The position numbers and the translations under genes were made by a program. The notes below the pieces were generated by a model. It did not search any database, was not told the origin of the DNA, and saw nothing but the letters and a program-made list of their open reading frames with translations. From Takakia lepidozioides (taxonomy: Eukaryota; Plantae; Bryophyta): DNA of 64,000 nucleotides. The stretch covers positions 6,696,001-6,760,000 of the forward strand of contig CM060733.1 of assembly GCA_030704615.1 (NCBI GenBank), given 5' to 3'. Below are positions 55,710 through 64,000 of the stretch, in pieces (positions within the stretch are counted from its first letter, which is position 1; every line of letters starts with the position of its first letter).

Positions 55710-58700
55710 TCTGCAAAGAAGGAAAGGAGAACGTGAGAGGTGGCCTACACATACATGGGCAATTTTGGCGCAGAAATTGGCAGAACAGAGGAGAACCGCA
55801 GCATACCTTCTGACCATCGTTGACAAGACCCTGCGTGTTGATGCAAGTCCAGATCTTTTTCAGGATGGGTGCTGCACTTCTCCCCGTCCATACTTTGATA
55901 TCATTCTCAGTGACTTCTCCATCGGCTGCTAGCACAACAACACAACCGTCGTCGTCCAACATGTTGGCTGCGAACCCAAATGTGTGGCTCCAGTATCTTT
56001 TGTCGTACTTGTTCCACCAGGGTAGTGAGCCCAGCCCCAATATCTCCTGCCCATCCGGGATATCCACAAGGATCATGTCGATGGAGGCTTTCACCGCCAT
56101 GCCCCCGACTGTGCTCTTTTTGCCGCAGCTCATTGCCACAAAACACTCCATCATCTTTGTGTAGCCGGGAGTGTCTTCCATATCATTGCCAGTGGCCTTC
56201 CTCTTCCCCTTCCCCTGGTGGGCCTCGATCGCCTTCCTCAATCTCGTTTTCTCCAGCCTTCTGGTCAGAGCAATTAGGAAATTTTCATTAACACACTCCA
56301 CAATTGTGGATGTTTTGAGGACTTCCCTACCCGCAATGTGCACCGCACGGTAGGGTCTACCAGGCGCATCCTCGTATAGAGATCTCTTCGCAGCCGAACC
56401 CCCGGAGCGCTGGCCCTTGTGAATTTTCGGACGAGGTGTGGCCCCTGGGTGTTATCCTGCTAGAATTCGTCGTCCAAATCCTCGTCATCTGGCTGACTAT
56501 GTTGCTGCTTCTTCTTCTTGGGTGTGGGGCTCTTCGTCTTCTGCCCCTGTTTGCGCGTTCTTTTCTTTCTGTCCTTGGGCTGCTCAGCTGCCTGCTTCTC
56601 CATCTGCTCCTTCGCCAACGCTGTCGCCTTGGCTGACTTTCTCAGTGCTTTCTGCTTTGCTGCCTCCTCTACTTTTAGTTTTTCCGCGTCTTCTGGTTGG
56701 GGATCCAAATGCGCCTTCATAGCCCGTGCATTCGCTTCCTTCTTCAAGTTAACCTCCGAGAGGTCAACGGTCCCACTTGGGAGATCCACATACCAGGGAC
56801 AGTCTACCAAATGCTCGGCATGCCACTCCTTCGTCATGCCACTCCTTCGCCATTACTTCTGTGTACATGGTGCCACGACCTCCAGGTGTCCTCCACGCCA
56901 GGAAGAATGGTGGAACCCTTTGAATGGCTCCGGACGGAATGAGAGCAAAATTTATGTACATGCAATCACAAGCCAGTTCAACAAAAATCATGTTATTGAT
57001 GCATCATGCAAGAGGAAGTTCTGAATGCAGAAGGTATTTTGGCACCGAAATACGCAGTGGACCGTGCCCCAATTACCCAACATTCACATCTTGCAGAGGT
57101 ATATTTCGGCGCCGCAATACCCACCGTTGCTTAGCTAAATCCTCAAAACTGCAAATAGGGGGATGCATTGGCAGCAGATTACCTGAATAGGACTCGCATT
57201 GCCGCTTTGTCGGCACACTCCTGCTCTTCGATGTATACGCTGCGTCTTGCCTTTGCAATTTCTCTGAAAAAGAGGTTTGCGAAGCGCCCTCGCTAGGACT
57301 GCACGTAGTTCTCCATTGTCTCCGGTTTCGTCCAGTCAATCTATAACTTGAAAGTGGTGGTGTTGCAATCCAATCGCTCCTGGGCGTGGGTCAGTACCTG
57401 CAGCAGTGCAGGTCTCCAAAACATTCATGAATTTGAAATTGCGATGATGTCCAACACACAAAAAAGGAGGAACTTATACCTGATGCCACCAAGTCATCAC
57501 ATTGAGCCAGTCGTTCATTTTGTCGTCTGTTGGCTCGATGGGAAAGTGGTACAGCAGCTTTGTGTTTGTATGGCCGTTCCAGATTCGCAGCCACCTCATC
57601 TGCATGGCCTAACATCGGTCAGACAAAAGAACCTCATCATGAGAATCGCAAGAAGACACAAAACAAGAACAAACACATGCTAACCTTCTCCGCCGGCTCA
57701 ACACAAGACACTGCGATGTGATGAAGTTTCTCCATGGACATTTCCGGTTTCACGGGTCTGGAGTAATGCAGTCCTATCTCCGCCAGGAACTCGGCACCAA
57801 GACCACGGTTAGCGATTGCAACTTGCTTCACAAGTTTGGACCTGTACTTGGTCCGTGATTGCCTCCCTGCCTGCACAATGTAACTCTCTATCGACACGTC
57901 CGCCTTGTTGGGGGCATCACTCTCAAAGAATTGCCTTTTGGCATAGGCCAAGTCATCCCTGATGTTCGTCTGCATTCCCACACCCAGCGGATACAGTCAG
58001 GCCAATGATCCCTACAAGAAATAACATTAAATCGGGAAATTTGAGATGAACCTCACCGAATAGAGGATCTCCACCATGGCGTCCAGTGTTGGTCGGTACC
58101 AGGTGCGATCCGCTTTCGTAAGGGACTTCCTGTACAGCTCGGGATCGAGGGATTTTTGGAAGTCCGTCAGCGGTGTTGTGCCCACTTTTTGCACTCTGTA
58201 GAGCGTATGTGCCAGGTGAGTTTTCACGAAGGCCCTCTCTGTTACCCTGCCATGGAGAAAAAAAATAGGAACAACATGAAAATATGATACAAAAATAACC
58301 AAATTTCGGCACAGCAATCCAATTTCCAGTTCATAGAGTGGATGACAGTCAAGAACATTGCCTATTTTGACGCCGCAATAGGCACTACACAAGGATGTAG
58401 TAGTATACTTACAGATTTATATCCGCCATGGCACCCTTCAGCAGTCCTCTATCCCTGACGTCCACCTTCACGACAATGCAGTCCACCATGTAATGCCAAT
58501 TGATATCTTGCGGATGCATTTCAGCAATGTACTTTGTCCAGGCAAGCATCCTGTGGTTCCCGTCCCAAACAAAGAACATCTTCCCTGCCATGTGTGCGAA
58601 TGTGGGATTAGTCTTCAGAGAGGCTTCAAACTCGGCATTTACAGTGTGCCAGTGGGGGCTCCAATTCTGAAGCTCCTCTGCAATGGGGCCCCTTGTGACA

Positions 58701-58713
58701 CCCTGGTCATTCT
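55710..58713 (-). pseudogene. Spliced gene: ParB/Srx-like domain plus putative N4C/N6A amino-methyltransferase-like domain
   Basis: FFVWDGNHRMLAW (ParB-N DGxHR motif, 58409-58591); charged linker (56460-56837); SIDMILVDIPDG..FAANMLDDDGCVVV (55696-56343), resembling DLILTDPPY..RhLKPGG. GT-AG introns; truncated on both sides by the Gypsy copies. Confidence 0.55.
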
Positions 58714-60943
58714 TGTCAAGTTATTTTACCACTAGTGTGAAACTAGCTAGGAAATAGCTAGCTTTTACATATTGACATTTGGGATTGGCCCAAGTGTCAA
58801 TCCAGGGGTCAAGGCAGATTTAGGCCATGGAGTGGTTATCTTCACGGCAAGCGCGGGAGGGTCATCTTTCTCGAGTTGAGCCTCACCGCGCCTAGCTATG
58901 GCGCCGTAGTGTGGATTCCCCATGGCGTGGGGTGCACTTGGCTTCATTTGTATTTGAGTGATGAGGTTATATATGCATGAGTTTATGCTTCAGCTTTGTG
59001 AGCTCGCATGAGCTTGTGCTTGTATTCTTCTTCTTTATCACTCGAGAAAGATGAGCTCGTATCTGAGAGTGCCAGATACAAGTTAGTTGTAGCACTTGTG
59101 GTTTTTGCTGGAGAATGAGAGAAAAACCAGGTTGTTATGCAAGGAGCACCGTGGAGCTCTTGGTTGTTAGAAGCGGAGGCGATGTGGGGTTACGAGGTGG
59201 TAGACCTTGGCATTCGATCTTCAGCTTCGAGATGAAAGCACCATGCTGCAGGATTGCAAGACCAAGCGAAAGGGTTGATTTGGCTTTGGGCAAATCAGTG
59301 CACTTTGTGGAGTATGTTGAGATTGGGTTTCAATCTCGAGCTTCAGCATTGAGAGGGCTCTTGTCATGGCAAGAGCAGGGCTGGAACAGGAGCTAAGAGG
59401 TGCGGCAAGGCCATGGAATGTGCACCTAGGGTTTCAGAGCTTGGAAGAAGAGCTCTTGCACCTCAAGAGGAGTGTCTTGTGGCTGGAAATATAAGCAGCC
59501 AAGATAGGGGGCTGATACCTCTTGTGTGAAGAGGTTGCATGTGTGGCGCATGTATTCAGCTCATTGAGCTTCCATCTTCAAGCTTGGAGGGCAAGCAAGG
59601 AAGAGGGAAGGGCTGACTTCCCTTATGTGAGAGCAATGCATGTGTGGAGCATGCTTTCAGCCTGTTGAAGGCTTGTACTTTCAGGTTTGGGAGTGCAAGA
59701 AAGGAATGAAGGGGCTGGTTTCCCTATAGGGCATGTGTGGAGCATGCTTCCAGCCCGCTGAAGCATGTCATTTTAAGGTTGGTGGTGCAAGAAAGAAAAA
59801 GCAAAGGGGCTGATCTCTGGTGGTGAGAGGGGGCATGTGTGGAGCATGCCTTCAGTCCATTGGGCTTTTGTTTTCAAGCTTTAGAGAACTAGAAGAGAAG
59901 GTAAGGGCTGATCTGCTCTTATTGAACAGTCCGACACTTGTAGAGCGTGTTCTGAGTTGGGGTTTCAACCTCAAGCCTAGATAGAACATGGCTCTTGAAG
60001 TGGCAGGTGTAGGCTATGGTAGGAACCTAGCATTCCAAACCATAAGCCGCAATAGGTTCTCTACCCAGTTACCTTGTGGAGAGGGGGTTAGGGACATGTT
60101 CATGACCCAGTGTTATGGTTTGCATCCTGAGTTGCGCCCAGGCCAGTTCTAAGGGAACAATGGTGGCCGGGGGTGAGGTGGAGCAGCCAGAGAGGACAAG
60201 GTGGCCAGCCATGAGGTGCAGCCAAAGGCAAGCTCAACATGGCAAAGACGCGGAGGTCAGGGTGTTGAGACCAAGGCATGGCCAACCGGCTTCAGCAGCT
60301 AGAGCAGAGGCTCGCTGCCATGGCTACAGCTCAGGTGGTACCGACTCTAAGGCCGGATGGTCCACCTCCTGCTCCTGAGGGAGGAGATATGGGAGGCATG
60401 GGAGTCATGTGTGAAGCAGCACTACCACTAGGGCAGGTGGAGTCTGCTGCAGCTATGACTCAATGAGCAGCACGAGTTCATGAGCCACGAGGTGCAGAGG
60501 TGGAGTTGGATCCACAACGTGGGGAGACAAGCCATCAGGCTAGGCTTCCTCAGTCATTCACATTGGCGGAGACAGTGTCGACGTCATCCATGGCACCTAG
60601 TTCTCGCCCGACTGTTATCGAGGTCATGGCAGCTAGTGTGCTGCTAGGAGCGGCCACATCTGTGTGTCAGGCCCCATTGTTCTCGGCTACCATGATTGCG
60701 ATGTCGGGGGTAAGACCAACTGAGGTGTTCAAGCTGGCAGCTACACTCTGTGAAAGTGGGGAGGTTACTTCATCTTCTGCGGAGATAGTCGGAGGTGTAG
60801 TGCCGGAGGGATCCTCGGATTTGAGGGTCAAGACTGCCACGGCGGCGCCATGGCAAGCTGCAGCTGTCAGGTTGATGGAGCTGCCAGCTAGGCCAGCCAT
60901 TGAGCGCGCCATGGTGACACTTGGAGTTGTCATGTTAGACAAC

Positions 60944-61237
60944 CAGGACATCGTACGAGACCGCGTCTGTCACAATGGCCTTGGCTCGCATCACTGAGCC
61001 ATCTGTAGGGTGATCCGGCCGTAGTCTGATAGCCAACTCACGCCGTGTCATGCCCCGAGCCTGCTCCGATCCTCCCAGAGATGTCTGTATCTGGAAATGA
61101 CAAGGCTCCATATCCGCCTCCGTGAGGCCCAAGCCTGCAATAGCAGCTCTGCCCCAACATCAATGGCTGAGCTCCGAGTCCAACAAGACCCGCAGTGGCC
61201 GGTACCTCTTGCCTGCCGGTCCACTCAAACAGAAAAT
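60944..61237 (-). pseudogene. Aspartic protease segment, inverted relative to its element
   Basis: Minus strand reads RVLLDS(G)AQPLMLG...VTDAVSYDVL; re-inversion restores YDVLVGGAVLYPMGF. Confidence 0.75.
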
Positions 61238-61693
61238 GTTGGTGGGGCAGTATTGTACCCCATGGGCTTCACCCTGGATTTTTGGGAGGAGTCAGCTTTC
61301 TATAGGTCTGCATGGCAGTCAGGGGAGAGCCGGCGTGTGCAGTTCCCTGTGACGTTCATAGGAGGAGTTGCGGTTGCCCAGCGAGGCAAGATGCCGACAT
61401 TAGCAGCATTCACAGCGGCAGTGAGTTGGCCTGGAGAGTTGCTTGAGGGCAACGCTCATTCAAAGGATGTGCCACCTCCGGGAGAGCAGGATGACATGTA
61501 TGGTATGGCGGAGTTGCCTACCATGGGTTGCTCAGACTCCATTGTGGGGAGACGAGCAAGGATTTGCAGCGGGATGCTGATCGACGGGTGCACAAGCCTG
61601 GGTGGAGGCTTTTGTACCGTCAGGAGAGGATGAGAGTGCAGGGATTGCACCAAGACCACCTCAGTTGTCTCCATTGGACACCACACCTATTGT

Positions 61694-62660
61694 GTGCAGT
61701 ATCCGGATGAAGGCATTTGTCTTATGGACTTGTTTGGCGGGATCAGCACCGGATTGGCTGCTGTGTTACAGGCAGGTGTACGAGTTCAGCGTTACCTGTA
61801 TGTGGAGAAGGATGAGACTGCACGACGCGTTTCACTTTGTCATGTTGCTCAGTTGGTGCAGTGGTACCCTGAGTTGTTGCCGGTGTCTGCAGTTCGTGGA
61901 TATCAGCAGGCCTTGCCAGCAGACATTTCGTTGCTGGGGGCGCAGGATTAGGATTTGGAGCGGGTTGGTTCCATGATCTGGTAGTGGCAGGTTTGGCCCT
62001 GAAAGGCATTCATCAGCCAGGCATGCCAATGGATTGCGAGACTCGAGGTCGGGTCTATTTTGGGAGATGGTGCGGGGTTTTGCGCCACTTGCAGCTTCAT
62101 CAAGCTGTATCTCCAGCATACATCTTGGAGAATGTGCCACTGATGGTCGATTCTCGTGGATGATGGCCAGTGTGCATCAAGTCCGGTCGTGGCTTGGGTC
62201 AGCAGTGTTGTCAGATGCAGCTATAGTGGGGTCACGGGCTCATCGTCCACAGCTATGGTGGACTAACTTGATGCCACCCGCACTGCTCAAGCGTGCATTT
62301 GATGGGGTGCAGCGGCCAGCACATCTCAAAGTGGATAGCATTTTGGACACAGGGAGGCAGTCTCAGCGTGTGAGACACGATGACCGTTCGCCTTTGGCAG
62401 TGGTCAACAGGGTGGGTCAACCACGAGCAACATTACCTACACTGCTCAACTTCCCAGGATCGCATGGTTCCGGGATAGTGGACCTGGATGTGGCAGCAGT
62501 TAGTGGAGCCTAATGTTGACGAGCGTGAGGGGCGATGGGTTTTTTATCACTGGTACCACGGCAGTGTCGTCTCTTTCTGAGGCATCACGTCGTCAGGTGT
62601 GTTGGGGCAAGCAATGGATCTCAATTGCTTGACCTGGATTATCAGCTGGGCTATGGCTGA
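61694..62660 (+). pseudogene. Retrotransposon-encoded C5-cytosine DNA methyltransferase domain (frameshifted)
   Basis: Motif I LMDLFGGISTG; II YLYVEKD; III ADI; IV DLVVAG-(fs)-WP* followed by GLRDSRSGLFWEM; VI (YI)LENVP; VIII GSRAHRPQLWWTN; IX EPNVDERE..MGF; X RQVLGQAMD. Confidence 0.85.
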
Positions 62661-63070
62661 GCAACGCAGAGTGCGGAGTACACTTCCCTCGATGGTCTCT
62701 CTGCCTACCGAGACGGTACAGGCAGTGAGTGGGGGCGAGCATGTGAGGACCATGGGGTGTAGGCATCCATGGCACACGTGGGAGGTGCTCGAGGTTCAGA
62801 GGGAGTTGGCAGCCAAGGTGGCGGTGATGGATGAGGTTGGGGATTTTTCTCGGGTGGAGGAAGTCCTTGAGGATGAGATGATGGGGCAGGATTAGGCCTT
62901 GTCATTGACTGAGCAGGCAGGGAATACTGCTCAAGAGGTTGCGGCATAGTAACCACGGGACGCGTCCTCTACCTCTAAGTCTGCTGGACTTAAGGTTGCA
63001 GTTACGAAGGGCATTTGGGAGCCTGATATTGGACCTATTGTCACTAGAGGAGAGAGACGACGTGTATGAC

Positions 63071-63969
63071 ACCCACGGATCCTCAGGCAGTCGGGAGAAT
63101 CTTTGTCTGGTACAGCTCCAATGCCCTCCCAAGTTCCGGCAAAAAAACTCCCTTTGGACTGGGTCCCGTATGCCTCTAGCACGCACGGTTATTTCCCAGT
63201 TGGATGTCACCCAAAAGGTCACCGGATCTTTAACCCTAGTTAACGTCTTCACATCCAAGGCGTGCATCTCTCTTGGAGCATCCCATGTCATTGTCTCCCC
63301 CCAGTGCTGCCAATTTAAAAAATCGTAAGGCGATACATCCAATGGCATGTTGTATCGGTTGTACTCGTATCCCGTGGGCATATTGTCTTGCAACCCAAAC
63401 AACTCGTAGAAACGTCGATGGATTGGTCCACGGCAGTCAGGGCATTGGCTGGCTCCGCATGGCTGCGATATGAGACATGTGGGATGGAACAAATGGCCAC
63501 ATGAACCAAGCATATAGCCTCCCTCCGGTCCATAAGGGTTTAGGCACATTGTGGACACCGTACCATCTGTTACCCATGACATTGGATTGCTCTGTGGTAT
63601 CCACGTCCGTTTATCCTCATTAATGAAGGATGACATCCTCAGCCTGGTGTCCCACTCCTCCTCTACTTCCAAATTCCAGTTTATGCTGTTATTGGTATCG
63701 AAAATTGTATGCACACAGTGCTCAAACATCGCATGCACATCACCCCATGTGGTGAATCCAGTGTACTTCGACGTGAATACATCACGCACAGTGTCGTGCC
63801 TTTGCAAATTAGCATAGATGCTATCTACGCTTCGATTCGACAAACGTGCTACACGTTGGAGGGAGGACAACGCTTCTTCTATCCGTGTTTCCCGCGATGC
63901 TAGATGGCCCGCCCAGGTCACCCAATTCCGCCAATTCCCCTTCAACCATGGCCACGATCGGATTTGCAT
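63071..63969 (-). pseudogene. RING-H2-finger protein, 3'-truncated by the DNMT-Gypsy copy; may extend past the window
   Basis: STMCLNPY..CGHLFHPTCL..CPDCR (first ligand is Ser). The ORF tail below ~63070 is only the antisense of the Gypsy sequence. Confidence 0.65.
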
Positions 63970-64000
63970 GGCATTTGAGTACCAATATGCAACAACCCTA

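Larger units (their letters stand above)
58714..63070 (+). mobile_element. 5' half of a DNMT-carrying Gypsy-like retrotransposon (copy 2)
   Basis: Repeat A1 58714-59040, self-complementary PBS 59041-59056, leader with tandem repeats, gag-like relics (60278-60943), inverted protease segment, DNMT. Homologous in inverted orientation to 54650-55697. Confidence 0.85.

Noticed and set aside
62902-63070. C-terminal part of the 355-aa RING ORF
   Set aside because: It is the antisense of the DNMT-Gypsy sequence (also seen at 54650-54790), not part of the original protein.

Overview
Eukaryotic nuclear DNA with spliceosomal introns, most likely from a non-seed land plant (bryophyte/lycophyte-like; inferred from Tcn1-type chromoviruses and plant-type genes). 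(1) 1-5744 and 24594-34249: three defective copies of one Tcn1-like Ty3/Gypsy chromovirus family, one nested inside another's LTR. They show a self-priming PBS, a -1 frameshift signal and an extra 3' ORF, and two copies share two TGA stops. (2) 9.5-22 kb: a rearranged block with a Tudor-PHD-chromo-SNF2 (CHD-like) pseudogene, a partial duplicate of the adenylosuccinate lyase gene, a Crinkler-like pseudogene and non-autonomous DNA transposons. (3) 35.6-49.2 kb: a gene island (adenylosuccinate lyase, trihelix TF, DUF3783 protein, sterol D8-D7 isomerase HYD1/EBP). (4) 51.7-64 kb, the most interesting part: two decayed copies of a second Gypsy-like family whose pol carries a C5-cytosine DNA methyltransferase and ends in a PHD finger. 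Its termini are circularly permuted (A...B-A-B, with genomic ends at a reconstructed internal GACA-GC-TGTC palindrome), suggesting integration via a circular intermediate. These copies interrupt a spliced RING / ParB-like / putative amino-methyltransferase unit. All alignments and motif calls were made by eye; no searches were run.
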